Origin: Octopus bimaculoides
Taxonomy: Eukaryota
Reading direction: 5' to 3'
Length of the DNA: 64,000 nt
NCBI RefSeq assembly: GCF_001194135.2
Contig: NC_068985.1
Location: forward strand, 47,111,215-47,175,214
The notes beneath the pieces were generated by a model, which saw only the letters and a program-made list of their open reading frames with translations, had not been told where the DNA came from and ran no database searches. A program made the translations under genes and the position numbers. Every line of letters starts with the position of its first letter. Position 1 is the stretch's first letter. Below are positions 52,791-64,000 of the stretch, in pieces.

Positions 52791-54243
52791 TACCTCATAG
52801 TCTCTGCTGTTTTCTATCACCTATCTGAATGTGATGCTCATTGTCTTAGAAATCTTTATTTATCATGTGTCATTCTGTGAATGGGCGTGTGGGTCTGTGT
52901 TTGCATTCGCTTCTCATCCTGTTGCGGTGAGATTGTGTCGCAGTGTGCCGTTCACTCTCTGTGTCTGTGTGCGCATGCGTATGTGTGTGTGTGTGTGTAC
53001 GTCTTTGTATGTGCGTGTGTATGTATGTGTATGTATACGTGTATGCGTGTGGGGGTGTATATCGCTATGGATTACTGTGCTAGTGTGTAGGTGGTTGTAC
53101 TTTAGTAGAAATTTTCTCTAGGTGTTTCTGTTGCTTTCTATAAATGCATATAACATATATATTGTATAATATATTAGTGCTATTTATTTGTCTCTTTCAA
53201 TCGGCTTTTGGTGTTGTTTGTTATTCCATGTGGGATATTGTCATCTTGCTTTTGTTGTTATTGCAGCATTTTGACATGTTTAGGTATATATACACATAAA
53301 TACGCACACGCACACACACACGCGCGCGCGCATACACACACGCACACACACACACACACACACATACATACAGGCAAACCCGCATCTACATTCTTGCGCA
53401 TATTTTTAAATGAATATAAACACATTTGCGTGTGTGTGTGTATTTCTGTACTTATAAATAAAAGGTGTGCATATATAAATAAATGATGTATATGAATAAT
53501 TTCATTAAAATCATTTTAAATTACCAAAACCAAACAGCGGCAGAAAATGGCAAACCAAAGACAAAATCAATGACGAAAACTTGTCAAAATGCGATGAGAT
53601 CTAAATATTTTTTTCACACTTCCATAAAATTAAGTGTAGTTAAAATGTGAAAGGTTTTTAAAATAGTTTGCCATAGTGAATTTGGAGGCAATAATTAACT
53701 TTTGTGAAAATTATAGCAAATATATTCAGACAACCAGAATTAGAAAAAACAAACAATAAAAAAAAGAGGAAGATTTTAAGCACACTCAATAAATAAAACA
53801 TATATGAAGAAAATGCACAGATGTATCTAAACGTAGTATATGTAAAGAATTCGTGCAATAAAAATCAGCATATACATCCATACATTTGTTTTAAATATGT
53901 GAAATTTTACGGGAACTTGAAAAAATTTGGTAATTTTTCTGTCGGCATTTTGACAACTTAAAAATAGGGTGTGAAATCTTCCCGATTTAAAAAGCTGCCG
54001 TGGTTTCAGCTTTATCTTAAATTTAATCTACTATTCATTCTTGCTTTAAAACACAAACTTTTTTTCATATATAACAACGGCTAGCATAGACATTGGCGAG
54101 ACAACTCTTTAAACTATACACTTGTGAAAATCAATTGCGAAACCGGTCAAGTGTATTCATATATTTTAAGATATAATTAAATTCTAATTATTTTAGCTTC
54201 AATTCATCTATCCATTCACTTGATTGGATTAATGAGAATTTTA

Positions 54244-54295
<52 letters not shown>

Positions 54296-54529
54296 CACGC
54301 ATAATGAATATGATCTGGTAGTTACGAAGTTATCTTCTAAACTAAGTACTTTTAGATTTAGTCACACCTTGCTTAAGTACCTTCTATTGCTCTTTTCGCC
54401 AACAAAATTCACTCACGACATGCCATGTAACATCTTGCTTCGCGAAAGGAGGTTGCGATTGTAGGCAGCAGACTTAGAAATACCTACATATATGTAGTTA
54501 CTCTATGTCGAGGCAGTACGACATAGAAT

Positions 54530-54630
54530 AAGTGCCAAGGTTAAAAAGAAAAAAGACGAGTACATTCGTCTAAGTTTTTCTAGGTGGTGTCCCAGCATGG
54601 CCGCAGTCTCACGACTGAAGCAAGTAGAAT
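54530..54630 (+). mobile_element. Isolated SINE family B 3' tail
   Basis: ggtggtgtcccagcatggccgcagtctcacgactgaagcaagtag. Confidence 0.7.
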
Positions 54631-55019
54631 ATAAAATATAGTAACAGTTTCACACCACGCCCCAATGTTTAAAGTTTCGTGGCCAAAAGTCAAGTCCGCA
54701 TCATCAGATGTTCGAGCATGAAACGGCGCTGTGAGTGAAAGAAAATGATCCGACAATATAAACGACGTTGCCAACATGATCCCCCAGCCTACAAATTCAA
54801 TCCTTTGTGACATTTTTACATCTGAAACTAGTCTAGAAGCCATATTTAACTTCTAATCCTAACATCAGCTGCAATGTTTTTAAGGTTCCACTTGTTATTG
54901 ACCTGTCCATTTCCTGGTTCAGTTTATAGGGAAAATATTATCTCGATTGTGCTCGCATTTTCCAGAACATACTTATATTAATGTAAGAATTATGTATGTG
55001 CGTGAACATCTGATATATA

Positions 55020-55240
55020 TTGGGTTGTCCGGAAAGTTCGTGCCGATTTATAGTAGCTTACCTTTCGACTTATATGCCATGGAACCACCTCAATTCTGGG
55101 AAGAGGGTAATTAAAAGAAAGACGGAGACGCATTGTGCAACAAAATGGTTCATATTTGGTTGATTAAAAATGTAATGGTAAGTATTTATTGACCTTTTTC
55201 TTTCCTTTAAAAATCGGCACGAACTTTCCGGACGACCCAA
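55020..55240. mobile_element. 221-bp mariner-type MITE
   Basis: 30-bp TIRs ttgggttgtccggaaagttcgtgccgattt / aaatcggcacgaactttccggacgacccaa (one mismatch); TA target duplication at 55018-55019 and 55241-55242. Confidence 0.92.
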
Positions 55241-55251
55241 TAGAAAAGACG

Positions 55252-55535
55252 CGTGATTTAGTGGCCAAGGTATTTGGCCCACGATTTTACGATCGAGTGT
55301 TTCCCGGCAGTGTGTAAGACACTATTTCTCCTTATCCCAGTCCATTCAGCTGGCAAAAATGAGTTGTGTCTGTAATTCAAAGAGCCAGCCTTTTCACATT
55401 GTGTGTCACGCTGAATCTGCCCGAGAACTACGTTAAGGGTACGCATATCTGTGGAGTGCTCAGCCACTTCCATGTTCCGTTGATCCGATGAACTGGAACC
55501 ACATGTCGTCGTAACTGACGGAGAGCCAGACACAG
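55252..55535 (+). mobile_element. SINE family C (tRNA-like head, CORE-like segment)
   Basis: gcgtgatttagtgg...taagacactatttc...ccagtccattcagctggcaaaaatgag; related to 61447-61735. Confidence 0.75.
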
Positions 55536-58500
55536 CTACAATTTTTATACACAGAAATATTTGGCGTACAGTAAATGATTTGAAATTTTATAATTTTCTA
55601 GAAACTAACAGGAAATTAATTAATTGTTTAACCATTAAACAAATCATATCCTGCTGAATAATAAATAAAGGGAGAACTCAAAACACTTGCTATTTGTCCT
55701 TTGGGGCTAACAAATCTGGTAACATTATTATAGTAATAAGGAAACTTCTTTGAAGACTTTACTTGATTTTACATTTGTTATTTTCATTAGCAACCCAATT
55801 TAGAGCAACACAATTAGAAAATATACTTTGACCACAGTTTATACTTTGTGCTACAACGTTCGATAATTGGAGTAGTAAAGGGGATTCTACGAATCACACA
55901 ATTTGCTCCAAATAACAGCAAAACTCCAAGATTACCCAATAGTTATGTTTTGTATGTCCTTACACATGCACTCACACATATATGTATATATGTGTGTGTG
56001 CGTATGTGGATGTGAGCGAGTGTGTATATGTTTATAGATACATATAAGTGTGTGTGTGTGTATTTGTATGTATGTACCTATCTATCTGAGTAATGTCGTC
56101 TACGATATATCAGACTGTAATCAGAGCCGTATTGATCATGGCTTTGAACATATTCCCACATGGTCTCCCTTTTCAGAGTTGACACGGAGAACAATTTAGA
56201 CGGGCAGCTATGACAATAAATATATATAAACACCCCCACACCCGCACCCCCCCCCACACACATACGTGCACACACACATACGTGCACACACACACAAATG
56301 TGTATGTGTTTATGTATATGTGTGTGCGTATGCAAGGGCAAGAACACGCAATTCTATGTGAATATTTTATNNNNNNNNNNNNNNNNNNNNNNNNNNNNNN
56401 NNNNNNNNNATATATATATATATATATATATAGTTCTGAAGTTGGGTTACAACAAATGAGCCAATAAGACGATGCCTTTCAGTTGCTGGAAATAGCACTC
56501 GAATTCTGCCTCAAATCGAACACGAAACTGATTCGCCTCAACAGAGAAGGATACTTTAAAGTCTTAAAGTTCCTTAAAAAGATGGTTATATGTGTACGTA
56601 CTATACATAGAATGTTTTTGGTCATGCTGCAATAACACCACCAACAGCAACATCAGCATTAGATATATTTCTTTAAATAGTCGAAACTCTTCTAAAACGA
56701 TTAGTGAAATCTTTTCTCCATAATAATTTTTAACTTGGCAAGTCAATTTGTATCTGTGGATGTATTAGCAATAATCTACATTTCAACTTGTCATGTGAAA
56801 TAATCTGACACGTAATTAAAACGAGATACGCCCCCTGTTCCTCTCAGTAAGATATTAATTTGATAAAGGTAAAGCTTATGTGTCTAGCTCAAATTTTAAA
56901 AAAAGTGAAGAATAACAAAAAAACAAAAAAAAACAACAAAATCAACACGAATCTCATTATTTCTTTAATTATAAAACATACTCACACCTGTACTCACATC
57001 CACTACCACCATCACCAGCAACAACAACAACACCAAGGTCGCCACACGCAACATGTTTTTGAATGCATACATTAAGATATTTTGCACACCCAGTCGTAAA
57101 TGAAGCATTTATTCAAATGAATGTTCTTTCAATATATGTGTATGCATTCAAAGCATTGCACTAAGGAACATATAAACGCATACCCAGAGAAAACAGCTTT
57201 GATATGTTGAAAATAAATATGAAATATATGATTCCGTGTTCTTCTTCTGTATATCCGGGAAGTCACTTTGGTCGAGCCCATCAGAGTTGAGATTGTATAG
57301 ATTGACTATGTAGTAGGATATATAGTAGGAAGTGGGAACTTAGCGATATCTTTGTTTACATAAATGTTTCTCATACGAAAACGTTTGAACGCCAACAGAA
57401 CTAAACCATTAATTTCATTATCAATATGCATTTGTAGATAATTTCAAGATATAACCTTTAATTTCACCCGACAAGTAATCTATGTTCAACAATACAAACA
57501 CACTTCTATTCATTGAACTAATTAAATTATCTTTGTATGGTTTCTTAGTGGAGTATAGATAAGCTAAGATGAACATCAAATTAATTCAGGCAACTATTGG
57601 CAGACTGTACAAGTTTACAAGTATATTTATAGCAATAGTATAAGGCAGTATATAGAACATGTCGCAGAGTTTCGACCGTTTGTATTGTTACAATAATATG
57701 ACTTTATTTACATAGAAGTTGATACACTTATTTTGTGATGTCGTACATTTATAACGTATGTTTTCCTTCACATGGTGCAAGTAAGTGTTAGATAAAACCA
57801 TGCGGCAAAGTATATGGAGTTCGGTCTATGTGCATGTTGATAATTAGATAATAAAATTTACACCCTAAGCTCCCTGGGATATCAGTCTCGCTCCTGCATG
57901 AATATATATATATAAAAGAAATAATTGAGATTCACTTGAATTAGATACTTAAGCTGAAGTAGTCTATTCTTAGATAAAATAGCAACAACATGAATATCTT
58001 CCACCTTCTTATATTAATGTGTCCTACTTGTTACAATTCTATTTATCTATTTGAGTAGCTGAAGATAGCACTGAATTTAATTTGCTGTAATCATTGCATT
58101 TTTCAATCAAATGGGGAAGCTTGAAAGGGTCGCACTGTCTCACTACTTGATATCCTGATGCTTATTTTGATATATATATATATATGTATATAATATTAGG
58201 ATTATGAAATGGGCTCTGCTACAATCCTATGCATTAGTTGCATACACATGCACAAACATGTGATGATGGTGTATAAGTAGACGAGTATTACAGGGGCAAT
58301 TGAATTGTTTGGTGAACCAAAGTTGATAGAATGTAAATCCGAAATAGTTTGGTTAACGTATACTAAAATGGGACATGCTGGTAGGATAGACTCAAAGCGC
58401 AAAACAAACAAAAAAAAAATTACTAAAGGAGTCTATACGATTTGAAGATTCCGATGCCAGATATACCACTTTCAAAATATTACACACACGGAAGCCCTAT

Positions 58501-59039
58501 TTCTCATGGATGAAAGACCATTTGTCTAGAACTCGGAAAGAGGTGTCTGGTAGATCTGCCATAGATATGACTATGTTGATATCGTACTGGCTATTCGAGA
58601 TAAGAGAAAACGACTAATGATGATAAATAGGGAGAGTTTATGACTAGTCCCATTATGTTTAAGATATTAGTATTTAGCCCTAGGACAGAATCATCGTGCA
58701 CATGTATACCAAAAGATGCTCCGGTCGAGACTTCCCCATAAAAGGCGACAATAAAATTAACAAACTTGTATTTCCTATTTTAAAATAGAAAGGTGGGATT
58801 TTAAAGAGATATAACTATCGTAACTAGCACGTAGATCGAATGCAGGAAGGCTTGTACGTTAACTGGATGTTTGAATTGTTGAAGGGGAATGTGGCAGATA
58901 GCTCGGTGGGCTCTTCTTGATTAATGAGAATGAGCTGAACTTTTGAATTTTCTCCGAAGGCTAGTCGTTCAAACGTACTTCTTATCGTTTCTATCTTTCT
59001 ATTATAGAATGCCTTCTTCTTTGTCGTTTAAAAATTCTT

Positions 59040-59185
59040 CAACCTGGTGCCACAGCATGACCACAGTCTAATGACTGAAGCAAGTAAAATAAAAAAAATT
59101 CTTGAGTCGGTACGCTTAACTAAAAATTCTTCAAGGCGGTACCCCAGCATGGCCACAGCCTAGTGACTGAAACAAGTAAAAAAAA
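59040..59185 (+). mobile_element. Two tandem SINE family B 3' tails
   Basis: ggtgccacagcatgaccacagtctaatgactgaagcaagtaaaa and ggtaccccagcatggccacagcctagtgactgaaacaagtaaaa. Confidence 0.8.
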
Positions 59186-59237
59186 CAAACCAAACGTAAC
59201 CAAAAAATATAACCGCTTTCACACTTTAACTATATTT

Positions 59238-59464
59238 AATTCTTTATTGCCTACAGGGGGCTAAACACAGGGGACTAACAAGGACAGACAAAGAGATTAA
59301 GTCGGTTACATTGACCACGGCACGTAAATGGTACTTATTTAATTGACCTTAGAAGGATGAAAGGCAAAGTTGACCTCGGCGGAATTTGAACTCAAAACGT
59401 AAAGACAGACGAAATACAGCTAAACATTTCGCCCGGCGTGCTAAAAATTCTGCCAGCTCGCCGC
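59238..59464 (-). mobile_element. SINE family A, A3-type
   Basis: Matches 47628-47855 along its length. Confidence 0.9.
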
Positions 59465-60044
59465 TTTTTCACACTTTAATTATAGGGGTTTTGTCCGAGG
59501 GGGTGTTTTGTCTAGGGGGATCTTGTCCTACACTCACAAATATGTGTGTGTGTGTGTGTGTGTGTGCGCGCTTGTAAATACGGCTGTGCACATATGTGTG
59601 GGCATGCATGCTTGTGTCTGTGTATGTATTTATGTATATATGTAAATATTTGTGTTTGCATACTGGCATTTCCAATAAAAAGTCTTATACACATTTCTAC
59701 ACAAAGTAGTATTTTTGGATGACGTAAAAAAACAAACTAATACATACTCACGCAATAACGTATATTCATAAATGCAAAACGTTTCTAGTTATCTTGTTGT
59801 TTATCTTCTTTCCCCAATTCTGTGTCCATGTATATACATCAATTTATATATATCAACTTAAATATAAGTTGATGTCTTTTGGAGAGTGACCGGATGTTGC
59901 CCTCATTTTCTATTTCCAACCAACGACTTGTGCATTTATGACAAATCTGTTCAAATTTGAAGTGGAAAATACATTCCTTTCCTCTAAGAAATGCTACAGC
60001 AATATAACATAGTAATAGAAACTGAAGTTGATTTAAATTAAGCC

Positions 60045-60045
60045 G

Positions 60046-60112
<67 letters not shown>

Positions 60113-60192
60113 CTTCTTCTTCTTCTTCTTCTTCTTCTTCTTCTTCTTCTTCTTCTTCTTCTTCTTCTTCTTCTTCTTCTTCTTCTTCTTCT
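60045..60192. repeat. (TTG)n(TTC)n running into a gap
   Basis: Directly visible. Confidence 0.95.
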
Positions 60193-61446
60193 NNNNNNNN
60201 NNNNNNNNNNNNNNNNNNNNNNNNNNNNNNNNNNNNNNNNNNNNNNNNNNNNNNNNNNNNNNNNNNNNNNNNNNNNNNNNNNNNNNNNNNNNNNNNNNNN
60301 NNNNNNNNNNNNNNNNNNNNNNNNNNNNNNNNNNNNNNNNNNNNNNNNNNNNNNNNNNNNNNNNNNNNNNNNNNNNNNNNNNNNNNNNNNNNNNNNNNNN
60401 NNNNNNNNNNNNNNNNNNNNNNNNNNNNNNNNNNNNNNNNNNNNNNNNNNNNNNNNNNNNNNNNNNNNNNNNNNNNNNNNNNNNNNNNNNNNNNNNNNNN
60501 NNNNNNNNNNNNNNNNNNNNNNNNNNNNNNNNNNNNNNNNNNNNNNNNNNNNNNNNNNNNNNNNNNNNNNNNNNNNNNNNNNNNNNNNNNNNNNNNNNNN
60601 NNNNNNNNNNNNNNNNNNNNNNNNNNNNNNNNNNNNNNNNNNNNNNNNNNNNNNNNNNNNNNNNNNNNNNNNNNNNNNNNNNNNNNNNNNNNNNNNNNNN
60701 NNNNNNNNNNNNNNNNNNNNNNNNNNNNNNNNNNNNNNNNNNNNNNNNNNNNNNNNNNNNNNNNNNNNNNNNNNNNNNNNNNNNNNNNNNNNNNNNNNNN
60801 NNNNNNNNNNNNNNNNNNNNNNNNNNNNNNNNNNNNNNNNNNNNNNNNNNNNNNNNNNNNNNNNNNNNNNNNNNNNNNNNNNNNNNNNNNNNNNNNNNNN
60901 NNNNNNNNNNNNNNNNNNNNNNNNNNNNNNNNNNNNNNNNNNNNNNNNNNNNNNNNNNNNNNNNNNNNNNNNNNNNNNNNNNNNNNNNNNNNNNNNNNNN
61001 NNNNNNNNNNNNNNNNNNNNNNNNNNNNNNNNNNNNNNNNNNNNNNNNNNNNNNNNNNNNNNNNNNNNNNNNNNNNNNNNNNNNNNNNNNNNNCACACAC
61101 ACACACACACACGCACACACACACACACACACACACATGGTTTATTCTCAGAATGCAGGTGCTGTCGATGGGTTTCTTTTACAGGTTTCCATCACACGAC
61201 TTCATTCACAAGTGACACATATCTTTATTCAATTCTAAATCAATCAAAATGGTAATATGTATATATACATTTCGAATTTGATTCACAAAATTTTATATGC
61301 AAACCATGTAACGAAACATATTTTCATTTGCCACTTTGCCATTATATTTTTACTGTATGTCAAGTAGTTTATTCATTAACTAATCAGCAAATTAAATGTG
61401 TTACTAATTGCTTGATTTATCAACTGGTTTCTCAAAGTCTTCATGA

Positions 61447-61735
61447 AGGTGCGTGACTTAGTGCTCAGTGCATTCGGCTCACGATCGTAGGAATATGAGT
61501 TCGATTCCGGGCGTTGCCTTCTGCCTTTAAGCAAAACAATTTATTTCACATTGTTCTAGTTCACTCAACCAGCAAAATGAGCTGTAGCGCTAGTTAAATG
61601 AGAAGCCTTGTAACATTTGGTCTGAGACACTGAATCTACCTGTGAACGTTATCTGTATGCGTGTCTGTGGAGTGCTCATCCACTCGCACGTTAATTTCAC
61701 TTGCAATCTGTTACGTTGCTCGGATCAAATAGTGC
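61447..61735 (+). mobile_element. SINE family C
   Basis: gcgtgacttagtg...gagttcgattccggg (B box)...gtctgtggagtgctcatccact, shared with the 55252 copy. Confidence 0.8.
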
Positions 61736-62494
61736 ACAGCCCGATGTCTTTTTCTCGCTCTTCGCCATCCGTGGACAAGCAATTGCTTAGTGACCAGGGT
61801 AATTAGTGAACTAGTTAGGCAAGAAGCTAAAAGAAAAGCAGAGTAGGTTCAGTGTATATTATTTTAATGGTATTAATAATAGTCTACTTAATCGACCAAA
61901 GTGACAAGGACATATTTTACGGAAAACGGAAGTAAGGGTGTAAAATTTACGTTAGGGGATATAAATGTAGAACGTAAAAAGACAATACTTAAATACAGCC
62001 AGGCATTTTAGTTCGCCGCTCTACCGAACTTACCACCTTGTTAATATCATATATATTTAATAGACCCGACGTAAATAGCTGAAAAGAAAACACAGAAAGT
62101 ATCAAATGACCCAAGTTGAAGCTGAGTAAAACAACAATGATCCTACTACAGGAAGTCAATGCCCCCATGTCTATCTAAAGGTCAGATTTACAACACTCCA
62201 AACTGTCCAATTATATTCTCCTCCTCCAATGTGTTTGTGTGTGTGTGTGTGTGTGTGTAAGGGCGTTAGCAATGGTGGTTGTGGCGAGGATTCATAAAAA
62301 CAATGAACTTTAAATTAAACCTTATCTTATACTAACTCGAGACATGTCCCCTAATACACAATCGATGTGTGCGTGGGTGGGTGTATGAGATATACATACA
62401 TACATACATACATACATGCATACACACATACATACATATCTATATATACATATGTGTGTGTTTGTGTGTGTGACAGTGTGTATGTATTTTATTA

Positions 62495-62680
62495 TTTTAC
62501 TTGTTTCAGTTATTTGACTGTGGACATGCTGGAGCATCGAAGAACTCTACCCCAGGACTGATTCTTTTTAAGCTTAGTACTTAGTTTATCAGTCGCTTAT
62601 GCCGAACATCTTAGTTACAGGGTCATAAACACGCCAGCATTGGTTGTCAAGCGATGGCGGGGGTAGAACACAGACACACG
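62495..62680 (-). mobile_element. SINE family B 3' half
   Basis: ttttacttgtttcagttatttgactgtggacatgctggagca...ccagcattggttgtcaagcgatgg. Confidence 0.85.
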
Positions 62681-62944
62681 GACACACACATAAATATATA
62701 CATAAATATATATACATATGTGTGTATATACATACATATATATATATATATATATANNNNNNNNNNNNNNNNNNNNNNNNNNNNNNNNNNNNNNNNNNNN
62801 NNNNNNNNNNNNNNNNNNNNNNNNNNNNNNNNNNNNNNNNNNNNNNNNNNNNNNNNNNNNNNNNNNNNNNNNNNNNNNNNNNNNNNNNNNNNNNNNNNNN
62901 NNNNNNNNNNNNNNNNNNNNATATATATGTATGTATATACACAC

Positions 62945-62983
<39 letters not shown>

Positions 62984-63599
62984 CACTCACACACACATAC
63001 GTATTCATATACACATATGTAGCTAAAGATGTATACAAACTCTCTCTCTCTCTCCCTATCTCTCGATATATGTGTGTGCGTGTATGCATGCATGTATGTA
63101 TAAAACAAAAACAGTGATTAAAAACGAAAATATCAGCAACCACCGAAGGATGATTGGAATAAAAGGGGCGGAGCAGTCTTCGGTGAAGTATAGAATCAAA
63201 GAAATAGTTATCATGGCTGGACTACATTTCCTCAGACAGACAACTAACATCTGTGTAAAGGTGGAGAAGAACGGCAACAGCAACAACAATGACGCCACAA
63301 CCGTCACCACCACCAACACAATCACGTCCATCTACAACAACAATCACTCCTATAACCTCTATAGCTTTTAACGATCAAATTAACTCAGCGATAAATGCAG
63401 CTTACTCATGAACGAAAACAGGTAAGCAAAAAAAAAGGCATAACAGAACACACATTCAGCGGCGGCGGCGGCAGCAGCAGCATCACCACAAACACCACCA
63501 CCACCGCTGCTGCTACAACTACTACTACTAATACTACTACTACCACCACCACCACCAATTAGTGAACTAGTGAGCCAAGAAGGTAAAAGAAAAGCAAAG

Positions 63600-63733
63600 C
63601 TAGGATTTAAACATAAGACATAACTGGAATGGGCATGAACCTAGTAAAGTACTTTAAAGTCAGAAATTTAAGATGTTGTGGGACTACAACATTCAGACTG
63701 ACAGAGTAGTAGAAGCTACACGGCTTGATTTGA

Positions 63734-63788
<55 letters not shown>

Positions 63789-63890
63789 AGTAGTAGTGGT
63801 AGTAGTAGTGGTAGTAGTAGTAGATAAAGAAAATAGAAAGTGCCAGATAATTCACTTTACAGTCCCAAATGATAAAAACGTTAATATGAG
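63600..63890 (+). mobile_element. R4/Dong-like RLE nuclease fragment interrupted in frame by (GTA)n
   Basis: LWDYNIQTDRVVEATRLDLI-[poly-V]-DKENRKCQIIHFTVPND, compare the 34330-34460 copy. Confidence 0.85.
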
Positions 63891-63892
63891 AA

Positions 63893-63985
63893 TACTGCGT
63901 GGCACCTTCGGCAAGTGTCTTCTACCATAACCTTGTGAGTGGTTTTGGGAGATGGAAACTGATAGTATCCGACGTATAGATGCAT
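63893..63985 (+). mobile_element. SINE family B head fragment with an internal deletion
   Basis: actgcgtggcaccttcggcaagtgtcttctaccata-accttgtgagtgg. Confidence 0.8.
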
Positions 63986-64000
63986 ATATATATATATATA

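Noticed and set aside
53580-53960. 12-bp inverted repeat ttgtcaaaatgc / gcattttgacaa
   Set aside because: Does not extend, and neighbouring motifs are not in mirrored order
63072-63371. 99-aa ORF as an exon
   Set aside because: Starts in a microsatellite and ends in an AAC/ACC low-complexity tract; no domain recognised

Overview
AT-rich animal genomic DNA from a gapped draft assembly (14 N-runs, most bordered by microsatellites). The very high microsatellite density and the SINE content suggest an Octopus-type cephalopod genome (inference, not verified). I can support no intact host protein-coding gene, rRNA or tRNA gene: almost every ORF in the supplied track is a translated microsatellite or N-run. 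The window is a mosaic of (1) three tRNA-derived SINE families, called A, B and C here, in more than 20 copies or fragments; (2) at least seven decayed fragments of restriction-like-endonuclease (R4/Dong-type) non-LTR retrotransposons, some sitting in (TAA)n and a distinct family repeatedly bordered by (CATA)n; (3) a CR1-group LINE fragment; (4) Tc1/mariner relics (a DD37D/maT-like element with TIRs, a deleted mariner, and a clean 221-bp MITE); and (5) two short Penelope-like terminal pieces with minimal hammerhead-ribozyme topology. Best leads: a possibly (CATA)n-targeting R4-like family, the hammerhead-like inserts, a stacked retroposon array in a TTA microsatellite at 1.8-4.1 kb, a GC-rich multi-hairpin segment at 24.0 kb, and a cryptic ~50-bp tandem array at 26.7-27.1 kb. 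All protein-family assignments are by eye from motif recall and need database confirmation.
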